Source of the DNA: Rhodobacterales bacterium
GTDB lineage: Bacteria > Myxococcota_A > UBA796 > GCA-2862545
Reading direction: 5' to 3'
NCBI GenBank assembly: GCA_009936995.1
Contig: JAACDH010000088.1
Coordinates: 1-17,499 of the forward strand
DNA: 17,499 nt
The notes under the pieces were generated by a model that was not told the origin of the DNA, searched no databases, and saw nothing but the letters and a program-made list of their open reading frames with translations. A program made the translations under genes and the position numbers. The first letter of the stretch is position 1; each line of letters opens with the position of its first letter. Shown here piece by piece: positions 1 to 7,078 of this stretch.

Positions 1-599
1 AGTACGAGCAACGCTGGGGTTCGTCGAGCGGCCTCTATGGCTGCGCAACGGACCAGCATGTTTTGTGCGGCTTTGGAAGCACGGTAGCCGTACCATCCAC
101 CCAATTGGTTGTCCCCGATACTTCCGACCCGCGCGGAGAGGGTCGCGAACACAGATCGTCCCTGCCTCGGAAAGCGTGGCATCAGGTGTTTCATCAACAG
201 CGCCACGCCCGTCACATGGACGCCAAGTAGCTGGCCGAGGTGATCGGGGTTGAGATCCCTCCAGCTCCGCTCGGGTTGCAGCGCACCGTTGTGAAGAAGT
301 CCGCTCGCGTTGATGACCAGGCGGACCGGGGAGCTGGAGGCGCCTGCACGCGTGGAAAGCAGCGCAACCGATTGCTCGTCCTCCAGATCTACAAGGCACC
401 GTTCAACGTTGGCATGCTCGGCGGCCTGGTCGACCCAGTCTTGACGCCGGCTGGTTGCGAAGATTTTATCCACCGATGGGTCAGCGGCCAGTGCTTGAAT
501 GAATGCGGCGCCGACGCCGCCGCGGGCTCCAACGACGACCGCCGTGTAGGGGCCGGGCAGACCGAACACCGAGGTGGACGGGCTGAGTGCTTCGTTCAT
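1..599 (-). CDS. Short-chain dehydrogenase/reductase (SDR) family oxidoreductase, C-terminally truncated by the window edge (N-terminal ~199 aa present)
   Basis: The track does not list this ORF because the window edge cuts it open. Manual reverse-strand translation from the ATG at 599..597 gives MNEALSPSTSVFGLPGPYTAVVVGARGGVGAAFIQALAADPS...NASGLL...YRASKAAQN. It carries a Rossmann glycine motif (GARGGVG), the NASG (NNAG-like) motif and the YxxxK catalytic motif. GGAG lies 7 nt upstream of the ATG. The start sits 2 nt after the stop of the upstream gene at 602. Third-position GC is high. Confidence 0.75.
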   Translation of the reverse strand, partial: MNEALSPSTSVFGLPGPYTAVVVGARGGVGAAFIQALAADPSVDKIFATSRRQDWVDQAAEHANVERCLVDLEDEQSVALLSTRAGASSSPVRLVINASGLLHNGALQPERSWRDLNPDHLGQLLGVHVTGVALLMKHLMPRFPRQGRSVFATLSARVGSIGDNQLGGWYGYRASKAAQNMLVRCAAIEAARRTPALLV

Positions 600-601
600 G
601 G

Positions 602-1780
602 TCAGTCTCCAGGATGGAGGGCCCAAAGCTCGGGCCGCCCGATGTTGCAGTGAACGGTACGTCCGAGGACCGACAGGCCAGCGAGGCTGGTGTACAGCAT
701 GGTGCGCGTCACCCGCCATGGCGAGCAGGCGTGAGGGGCCTCTGGTTGGTCCAATGCGGCGATCCGGTGGCCAGACGCGGGGACAGGATGAAAGACACGC
801 TCGGTTAAAGGGCTGCGACGCGTCTCGTCCTCCTGGTCCCGATCCAGTCGTTGAATGAGAGCTTGAACCCGCGTTGTCGAGGTGCGCCGCGACGCTTCAC
901 GGTCAATTTGATAGACCGCTTCCCGACTGACGCTTGGCAGGACCAGGATGCCAAGGAATGTCCAAAGGGTCATGTAGGCAGCTGTGGTAACCAGCCCGGT
1001 AGCGGTGACCAGCTCGGAATCGGGTGCGAGGAACAATACACCTGCCATCCCGGCGAGATTGAAGGCGGCTGCCGCGAGGACTCCCTTCGTTCGACGTCCC
1101 GTCTGGAGCGCGATGTTCCGGCGGGTGAGCACTGTGTGCAGTTCATCGTCTGTCAGGCCCTCGGCCCACAGGCGGGGAACGATGAGGGACTCGAGCCCCG
1201 GCAGTCCGACCCAGCCTCCGACGAAGCTGGTGTCCTTGGATGCGGTGACGTGCAGGCGAGTGGTGCGCAGTCCAACTCGGTCCGCGATTTGCCGAACATT
1301 GGCGTGTGGGTTGGAATCTTCAAGATGTCCCATCCACCGCGCCAGTCTGTGTTGAACGGCAATGAGTCCGGCAGTCAATAGGCACGCGGTCAGCAGGACT
1401 CCGAGGTCGCCGAGTCGGTGGGCGATGCCCATCAGAACGAGCCCGTTCAGGCAGAGGATGGCGGTGTGTACAAAGACGCCTGGCAGCCACCGGGCAAGCC
1501 AGGACGACAAGGTGTCGGGCCAGCGTGGGTGTCTCGCGGGTAGCAGGGAGCCGCCAAGCCAGTCGAAGGGCGCTTGGACAGCCGCATAGAGGAGACAGAT
1601 CAGCCCCCATTGTACTGCCGGATTCTGACCTGGAATCTCGGGCTGGGTGAGGATGAAGGCGCTAGATACCACGACCCAGAAACCCACGTTGGCTTGGCCG
1701 AGGAGGAGTCGCTCCGACGCCCACGTGCGCTTGTTGGGACGGTCTTGATGGGAGGCGGAGGGGGGCATGATTGGAGTCAT
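602..1780 (-). CDS. Polytopic membrane protein with a degenerate M48/M56 (HtpX/BlaR1-like) peptidase core in which the HExxH motif is lost
   Basis: This is ORF 602..1912 trimmed to the Met at 1780 (MTPIMPPS...), because the 44 residues upstream are basic low-complexity. Several hydrophobic helices are present (FWVVVSSAFIL, GLICLLYAAV, VFVHTAILCLNGLVLMGIA, VLLTACLLTAGLIAV, AAAAFNLAGMAGVLFLAP). The segment LTDDELHTVLTRRNIALQTGRR aligns with the M48/M56 LxxDELxAVLAHExxHxxxxD region but has T-R-R-N-I in place of H-E-x-x-H. The stop at 602..604 lies 2 nt from the SDR start. Confidence 0.55.
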   Translation of the reverse strand: MTPIMPPSASHQDRPNKRTWASERLLLGQANVGFWVVVSSAFILTQPEIPGQNPAVQWGLICLLYAAVQAPFDWLGGSLLPARHPRWPDTLSSWLARWLPGVFVHTAILCLNGLVLMGIAHRLGDLGVLLTACLLTAGLIAVQHRLARWMGHLEDSNPHANVRQIADRVGLRTTRLHVTASKDTSFVGGWVGLPGLESLIVPRLWAEGLTDDELHTVLTRRNIALQTGRRTKGVLAAAAFNLAGMAGVLFLAPDSELVTATGLVTTAAYMTLWTFLGILVLPSVSREAVYQIDREASRRTSTTRVQALIQRLDRDQEDETRRSPLTERVFHPVPASGHRIAALDQPEAPHACSPWRVTRTMLYTSLAGLSVLGRTVHCNIGRPELWALHPGD

Positions 1781-1811
1781 GCTGCGTCTACACAAGTCTG
1801 ACCGGGTGGCA

Positions 1812-2000
1812 TTAGGTTGCCGCCGAGTCGTTGTTTTCTCGTAATGTCGCGATCTGTTGTTCGATGGCTTCGGCTTCCGCGTAGAGATCGGCCTGCAGTG
1901 CCCGGTCGCCATATTTCTGGGCTTGCATCGCTTCGCGGTACTTGTCCAAACGTTTCCGCTCGAGGGTCTTAATCGGGTCTCGCTTGAAAAAGCTGAACAT
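1812..2000 (-). CDS. Small DUF6435 / Lacal_2735-like protein (62 aa)
   Basis: The ORF begins MFSFFKRDPIKTLERKRLDKYREAMQAQKYGDRALQADLYAEAEAIEQQIATLR. This matches the characteristic MF.FFKKDP.K.LEK.Y..L.EA N-terminal signature of the Lacal_2735 small-protein family. It sits in a lower-GC pocket between larger genes and does not overlap its neighbours. Confidence 0.55.
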   Translation of the reverse strand: MFSFFKRDPIKTLERKRLDKYREAMQAQKYGDRALQADLYAEAEAIEQQIATLRENNDSAAT

Positions 2001-2234
2001 GTTTGGCCCCAGGTGAGTAGGTTTTGAACAACTGTTATCCGTTCAGACCTTTAGTGGGGTGGTTGCTGACAAATCGTGTCAAGCGCTTCATCTAGCGGCA
2101 ATGGCCTCTTATACAGATGTAGTTGGCAGGCCTCTCCGCCAGCTTTGGCGCCGCAAGCGCCCAAGCCCTGTTCGCGCTTTCCGAAACGCCCGAGGGAAGT
2201 GTGCTGGTTCGGGAGAGGTGCTAATACCTGGGGT

Positions 2235-4142
2235 CTACCGGCTTCTTCGACGGACGCCGAAGAGAATGGCGACCCACATCCAACCGACGGCCGGACTTGC
2301 TGGATTGGCTGCGCAGCCGCACGACGACTTGGGCCGCTCTTCTTCGATGTCGCCGGAAGCGGTGTCGCGAGAGCCCGTGGTTGTCGAGGATGTGGTTTCT
2401 TCGTTGGGGACCAACGGATCTGTGCCATTGGTCACCTCGTCTCCGTCACTGAGGCCGTCTCCATCGGTGTCGGCATCGAGCGGGTCGGTTTCGTGGACCA
2501 GCACCTCCTCGCCATCCGTGAGTCCGTCGCCGTCGGTGTCCGCGTCGAGGGGATCGGTACCGAGGTCGTCTGCCTCGAAGTCGTAGAGACCATCTCCGTC
2601 GGTGTCGACGTCCGAGATGACGAAGTCGTAGTTAATCTCGATGACATAGGCATCGTCGAAGCCGATTCGCGCCTCGTAGATCGCGTTGTTGGCCAAGCCC
2701 CCCGTGAATGTCACGCTGCCGCTCTGGGCTCCGGCTGTGTAAACATAGGTCAGGTAGTTTTCGGGGTTGTTGCCATCTCGTGCCAGAGAGATCCAATCCA
2801 GGTTGTTCCCGGCGGCGTTGTCGAAGTGGACCACGATGTCCTCGTTGGGGCCATAGATGTCTTGGTCTGTCCAGATTTCTGGATTGGTGGAGATGGGGAC
2901 CGCGTCGTCGATCGTGTAGAAACCCAAGCTACCGTAGTCGGTGTACCCCGTGGGGTTTGGGAGGGCGGGGTCGCCTTCTCCAGTGCCTTCTACGGACAGG
3001 TAATAGTCCCCGGCCACGAGGAACACATCGAACCAAGCGTAGGTCTGGTCGATCGGATTGGCGGTATGGAGGATGGTTCCCGATGCATCGTGGATGTGAG
3101 CCAGCACGTCGAGGTTTCCCGCCAGGCTGTCCGGGTTCACCGCCAGGTTGACGGTGCCGTCAGTGGCCAGGGTGAAGGAGAAGAAATCGACGTCGGTGTT
3201 TTCCTCGATGATACCGGAGCCCATGGCCGCCAGGGTGATGTCGATGGAGGCCGCTGTTCCGGTTGTAGAGCCGTGATCGTCGACCCGGAATCCGAACCCA
3301 TTTTGTGTGGTGATGATGCCGAGGTCGTCCTGGCCGTTGGAGGTGCCATTGTATTCACCGTGGTCCCACTGACTCACGCCATACACCGCCGACCATCCCA
3401 TGATGGGAGACCAATACGTCGCCCCGGATCCGTGTCCCAGGTAGTACTCGCCGCCGACGAATAGATTGCCGCCTAGGGTGTATCCGTCGTGATGGAGGCC
3501 CATGGTGTGTCCGACTTCATGGCTGATGGAGTCGGCGAGGAACATCCAGTCGATGACGCCGTTGACTTCGTCTGTGGTTGCCATGCACTCCTGATCGACG
3601 TCGGAGTCGAAGGTCCCGACATACGCCCAAGAATAATTATAGGTGTCGCTGATCACGCAGCGAACGCCCCACTCCGTGTCCGATCCGCCGGTGTTTCTAA
3701 GGGCGTCTACCCCGGGGTCCTCGGTGGTGACATCCACTTGGAAGGGCAGGAAGTCTTCAGAAACGGACTGCCACGTCAGCTGGATCTCGGTGAGCTCCGG
3801 ATCGGAGAAGATGCTCGGACCCATTTCGAAGTCGTAGGGGTCGTAGTGCTCGCCGATGCCAATATGACCGTCGAAGTCCAGGTAGATGACTTTGCTCGCG
3901 CCGGGATTGCTGTGTAAGAAAAATGTGTCCTCAAGCGGGGCGGGAGGAGGGTTCATGCCCGATTTGGACTGGGTTCGAATGCTGTAGGAGTTGCCCGGTG
4001 GCCGGACGCAGATGGTCTTCTCGGGAAGGTCTGGGTTGGGGGGCGGTGTGCACCCAACAAGGGCGGCGGCGAAGACTGCGGCGGTAAATCCGTGGGTCGG
4101 TGTTGCCGAGCGTAGCGACCGTTGGCAAGGCCATGGCTGCAT
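2235..4142 (-). CDS. Secreted lipoprotein zinc metalloprotease, a metzincin of reprolysin/M12B-like type, with a PPC domain, three TSP type-3 calcium-binding repeats and a MYXO-CTERM sorting signal (635 aa)
   Basis: This is ORF 2235..4835 trimmed to the Met at 4142 (MQPWPCQRSLRSATPTHGFTAAVFAAALVGC). The N-terminus is a lipoprotein signal with lipobox LVGC. GGGAG lies 6 nt upstream of the ATG. The catalytic motif HEVGHTMGLHHD (HExxHxxGxxH) is present, followed by SPIMGW as a Met-turn. A DVDFFSFTLATDG...AGDYYLSVEG segment is a PPC-type beta domain. There are three DADTDGDGLxDGxE repeats. The C-terminus SSCGCAANPASPAVGWMWVAILFGVRRRSR matches the MYXO-CTERM pattern. Confidence 0.9.
   Translation of the reverse strand: MQPWPCQRSLRSATPTHGFTAAVFAAALVGCTPPPNPDLPEKTICVRPPGNSYSIRTQSKSGMNPPPAPLEDTFFLHSNPGASKVIYLDFDGHIGIGEHYDPYDFEMGPSIFSDPELTEIQLTWQSVSEDFLPFQVDVTTEDPGVDALRNTGGSDTEWGVRCVISDTYNYSWAYVGTFDSDVDQECMATTDEVNGVIDWMFLADSISHEVGHTMGLHHDGYTLGGNLFVGGEYYLGHGSGATYWSPIMGWSAVYGVSQWDHGEYNGTSNGQDDLGIITTQNGFGFRVDDHGSTTGTAASIDITLAAMGSGIIEENTDVDFFSFTLATDGTVNLAVNPDSLAGNLDVLAHIHDASGTILHTANPIDQTYAWFDVFLVAGDYYLSVEGTGEGDPALPNPTGYTDYGSLGFYTIDDAVPISTNPEIWTDQDIYGPNEDIVVHFDNAAGNNLDWISLARDGNNPENYLTYVYTAGAQSGSVTFTGGLANNAIYEARIGFDDAYVIEINYDFVISDVDTDGDGLYDFEADDLGTDPLDADTDGDGLTDGEEVLVHETDPLDADTDGDGLSDGDEVTNGTDPLVPNEETTSSTTTGSRDTASGDIEEERPKSSCGCAANPASPAVGWMWVAILFGVRRRSR
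2238..2327 (-). other. MYXO-CTERM-type C-terminal sorting signal of the metalloprotease (GC motif, hydrophobic helix, RRR)
   Basis: SSCGCAANPASPAVGWMWVAILFGVRRRSR followed by the stop. Confidence 0.8.
2418..2612 (-). repeat. In-frame tandem array of three thrombospondin type-3-like calcium-binding repeats (DxDxDGxxDxxE) within the metalloprotease gene
   Basis: The protein carries DTDGDGLYDFEADDLGTDPLDADTDGDGLTDGEEVLVHETDPLDADTDGDGLSDGDEV. The DNA shows a recurring tccgtcggtgtcgrcgtcgag-like unit. Confidence 0.6.
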
Positions 4143-4518
4143 GAAGAACTCCCGATTTGTGGCGCCGGTTTCGAGTGGAGACAATGGGTTGCCGTAGCAG
4201 AACAGTGACAGTTGGGGATGAGGAATGCAAAGACTTCTGGGAAGCTTGCGCTGAGACTCAGGTGAGGGTTCCGAGGTCTCTTCACCGTTGTTCGGCTCTC
4301 CGGGTCTCTCTGTCCCTCGGTGGGTCGGGCCCTGACCACAGGACGGGTCGGGGTGTTGTGCAGACCGGCCTGCCGTGGCGATCCCACGGCGGGGTTTGCA
4401 CGACTGCAGTTTTGCCGCGAAGGGAACCCAGGCCGGTGCCAGCCAGCCGACATCCTCGACAGCCCGAAGCACCTGTGGTGTATCGTTGGGTTTCGACACC
4501 CGATGCGCTGAGGTGAAC

Positions 4519-6285
4519 ATGACTCCCCGACGACGTCCCTTGTCCCCGCACGGATGGATGGTTGTCACATCGATGTGGCTCGCATGCTCACCACCCAGCT
4601 CGCCCCCACGTGACCTCGATTCAACAGATTCGCCGTCGGAAGTCGTCGTCGAAACGGGCACCGAGACGACCGCGCCGGTAGATCCCAATGACCTCGACGG
4701 CGATGGGGACCAGGCCGAAGCGGTGGGCGGGCGAGACTGCAATGACCTAGACGACCAGGTACGGGGCGATGACTGTGCCGGGAATTGGCCTTCCCCGACC
4801 CTGACCCTGACCCTGAACGTCGACGACCCGGCCATCGGTCTATACCTGCCAGACGTCCAGGCTAGCTATCCCGAGGTGGACTGGTCGACGCTGGAGCGGC
4901 TGTACATTCCGGCGGGCCACTATAAGTTCATCAAGCTGGGCAACCTGCCGAATCGCGACGCCGCCAGCCCGCTGGTCATTACCAATCTTGGGGGTCAGGT
5001 GCGGGTCGGAGGGCTGGGGCACTATTACATGCTGGTGGTAGAGGGCGGGACTGGCTGGGTGTTGACTGGCCGATATGATCCCGAGGCGCTCACCGGAGAC
5101 CCCGACTTCCCGGGTCATCGCGGCAACCTGTATGCGGACTCACCGGGCCGATACGGCATCGCGGTCGACGATGCCTTCGACAACACGTACGACATTTCGG
5201 GCATCGGCATCGGTGGGGGAGCCTCCGAGTTCGAACTGGAGTTCTTGGAGGTCACGGGGATGGGGTTCGCCGGTATCGTCTTGAAGACAGACAATGACGG
5301 CGATGCGACCATGGTCGACTGCAAGCTGCACGACTTGTACATCCACGACACCGGCTCGGAGGGGGTGTACATCGGGAGCACCCAGACCCAGCCACAGCAC
5401 CGCATCGAGGGAATGGCTTTCTACAACAACCGCATCCTCCGCACGGGTACCGAGCTGTTGCAGGTCGGCCAGCTCGGCCCGGGAAATGACATTCACCACA
5501 ACGTCTTCGCGCTGGGGGCGCTGGACTGGAAGGCCCCCTTCCAGCCTTGGCAGGACAACGCATCCCAGGTCGGCGTGCGGCACGGTAGCGCCGACATCCA
5601 TCACAACGTCTTCATGGGAGCCGCAGACAGCTTGTTGTCCTTCTTCGGACAGCTGGAGATCGAGGACGGCACCCTGCCAGGAGACGTCGTCCACGTGCAC
5701 GACAACTACTACAGCCACGGGCGCTGCCGGGGCGCCTACCTCGGGGGAGCCTTTGACTCGAACAGCGAGTGGCGCTTTGAGCGAAACACGTTCCGCGCGA
5801 TGGTCTATCAGCGGGATGAGGTTTATGACGCGGTGGACGAGGGCTTTGTCTTCAAGCTCGGGAGTATTGGGGACCAGCAGGTCACGTTCCTGGACAACAC
5901 CTGGGAGGACTCGGCACAGCAGCTACACAATTTAGGCCTGGATGCCAACCAGACCTATGGCGCGGTGACGGGCTCGGGCAACGCCGTCGGCACCATTGCG
6001 CCCTATCCCTTCGTCGATCTCGGACTGGATCCGGCCATGGACTTCATGCGCATTGAACACTGGACCGACCAGACGGCGGTAGGACGTCTCGAGCCGGTGT
6101 TCTACGAGACGGGCGACATCGCGATCGTCGCCGGCGTGCTGTACCAGGCCGTCGTTGGGAATTCCGATGTCTTTCCACCCGACAACCCGGCCGTTTGGAC
6201 TGTGCTGCCAGCGCCGAAAGACGATGTGCGTGTGCGGCGCGGAGGCGACTTCGACGGCATCGGGCTTCTCGACACCCAGCCATAG
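4519..6285 (+). CDS. Right-handed parallel beta-helix repeat lipoprotein (pectin-lyase-fold; probable polysaccharide lyase or glycosidase-like), 588 aa
   Basis: This is ORF 4375..6285 trimmed to the Met at 4519 (MTPRRRPLSPHGWMVVTSMWLACSPP), which has lipobox WLAC. GAGG lies 5 nt upstream of the ATG. Beta-helix rungs recur, for example LHDLYIHDTGSEGVYIGS, DIHHNVFALGALDW, DIHHNVFMGAADSL and VVHVHDNYYSHG. Confidence 0.8.
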   Translation: MTPRRRPLSPHGWMVVTSMWLACSPPSSPPRDLDSTDSPSEVVVETGTETTAPVDPNDLDGDGDQAEAVGGRDCNDLDDQVRGDDCAGNWPSPTLTLTLNVDDPAIGLYLPDVQASYPEVDWSTLERLYIPAGHYKFIKLGNLPNRDAASPLVITNLGGQVRVGGLGHYYMLVVEGGTGWVLTGRYDPEALTGDPDFPGHRGNLYADSPGRYGIAVDDAFDNTYDISGIGIGGGASEFELEFLEVTGMGFAGIVLKTDNDGDATMVDCKLHDLYIHDTGSEGVYIGSTQTQPQHRIEGMAFYNNRILRTGTELLQVGQLGPGNDIHHNVFALGALDWKAPFQPWQDNASQVGVRHGSADIHHNVFMGAADSLLSFFGQLEIEDGTLPGDVVHVHDNYYSHGRCRGAYLGGAFDSNSEWRFERNTFRAMVYQRDEVYDAVDEGFVFKLGSIGDQQVTFLDNTWEDSAQQLHNLGLDANQTYGAVTGSGNAVGTIAPYPFVDLGLDPAMDFMRIEHWTDQTAVGRLEPVFYETGDIAIVAGVLYQAVVGNSDVFPPDNPAVWTVLPAPKDDVRVRRGGDFDGIGLLDTQP

Positions 6286-6315
6286 ACCGAGAGGAACAGG
6301 TAGCGCCCGCACCAA

Positions 6316-6468
6316 CATGCCCATGCCCATGCCGATTCCAGCGCCTGCCATGTCGGGGTTGGCGTCGGCGGTCGATGGCCTCGGCTGATTTGAGCTGCGT
6401 GTAGGCGTTGAGGTTGCCGAGGCCGCTCATCTTGGAGCGCTCGTCCATGGCCTTCTCGTCGGACTCGG
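6316..6468 (-). pseudogene. Frameshifted internal fragment (~50 codons) of an SPFH-family gene, paralogous to 9171..9332 of the intact gene at 8664..10007
   Basis: Direct DNA comparison shows 6316..6468 is roughly 90% identical to 9171..9332. On the minus strand it encodes ...EKAMDERSKMSGLGNLNAYTQLKSAEAI. It then loses frame through a 2-nt deletion (gcggtcgatggcc versus gcggtgccaatggcc). It has 3 rather than 5 catgcc hexamer units. It occupies the whole gap between convergent genes ending at 6285 and 6477. Track ORFs 5932..6351, 6044..6448 and 6102..6476 are read-throughs of this remnant. Confidence 0.7.
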
Positions 6469-6476
6469 CACCACAC

Positions 6477-7076
6477 CTACGGGCTGTTGCGTTTCATCCC
6501 CACGATGAGGTGCACTTGCTCGACTACCTCCTCGAATGGCCCGATGCCCCGTACCCTGCCCAGCAGCTGTGAACCCAGCATGGTGGTGGCGATCAGGGAT
6601 GCCATGGCATGGGCGGTGCCATTGAACAAAAAGTCCCCGCTGGACCGACCCCTCTCTAAGAGGGCCGCGAACCAGGTGAAGATCTCGTCTTGGAGGAGCT
6701 TGACCTGCTCCTGAAGGGGCTCGGGAAGCGTATTGTACTCGGTGCCCAGCGTGACCAACACACCGACTCGCTGGTTCAGCACGAAGTTGAGACTCAACCG
6801 CATATAGGCGTCGAGCTGAGCCTGTGGCGGCAGCGCCTCGACGGTCTGGGTCCAGCGGATAAACCGCGCCCTATACCGAAGCAGTACCGCCACTGCCAGA
6901 TCGGACTTGGTGCGAAAGTGGTAGTGAATCGCCGCGTTCTTGACCCCCAACTCGTCGGCGATGTGGTGGTAGCTGAACACGTTGTAGCCCCACTGCATCA
7001 AGTAGCGCTCGCAGATGTCTAGGATCAGCCGCTTGGTGTCGCGCTTGGCCTTGGGCTTTTGTTGGGCCGAAGACAC
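6477..7076 (-). CDS. TetR/AcrR family transcriptional regulator (199 aa)
   Basis: The N-terminal HTH reads KRLILDICERYLMQWGYNVFSYHHIADELGVKNAAIHYHFRTKSDL, followed by a helical ligand-binding domain. A GTG start at 7076 lies 2 nt after the TAG stop of the upstream hydrolase gene, which indicates cotranscription. Confidence 0.9.
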   Translation of the reverse strand: MSSAQQKPKAKRDTKRLILDICERYLMQWGYNVFSYHHIADELGVKNAAIHYHFRTKSDLAVAVLLRYRARFIRWTQTVEALPPQAQLDAYMRLSLNFVLNQRVGVLVTLGTEYNTLPEPLQEQVKLLQDEIFTWFAALLERGRSSGDFLFNGTAHAMASLIATTMLGSQLLGRVRGIGPFEEVVEQVHLIVGMKRNSP

Positions 7077-7078
7077 CC

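Noticed and set aside
2076-3464. 462-aa ORF on the + strand
   Set aside because: It is entirely antisense to the metalloprotease gene, which carries a clear HExxHxxGxxH signature. Its product is low-complexity (V/G/D-rich). It is the mirror of the Asp/Gly-rich sense frame, which is typical of high-GC DNA.
3972-3980. GGTTCGAAT, a tRNA T-loop-like motif
   Set aside because: It is embedded in the metalloprotease coding sequence with no flanking acceptor or anticodon stem structure. It is a chance match.
4375-4518. Upstream extension of the 636-aa + ORF
   Set aside because: The lipoprotein signal (MTPRRR...WLAC) and SD sequence sit at 4519. The upstream residues are not signal-like.
4143-4835. 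N-terminal 231-residue extension of the 866-aa minus-strand ORF
   Set aside because: The extension is Pro/Arg/Ser-rich low complexity. A lipoprotein signal peptide with GGGAG-N6-ATG begins at 4142, which I take as the real start.
5932-6476. Three overlapping minus-strand ORFs (139, 134 and 124 aa) with GMGMGM and His/Arg-rich products
   Set aside because: They are read-throughs in different frames of the frameshifted SPFH-gene remnant plus the antisense 3' end of the beta-helix gene. They are not independent genes.
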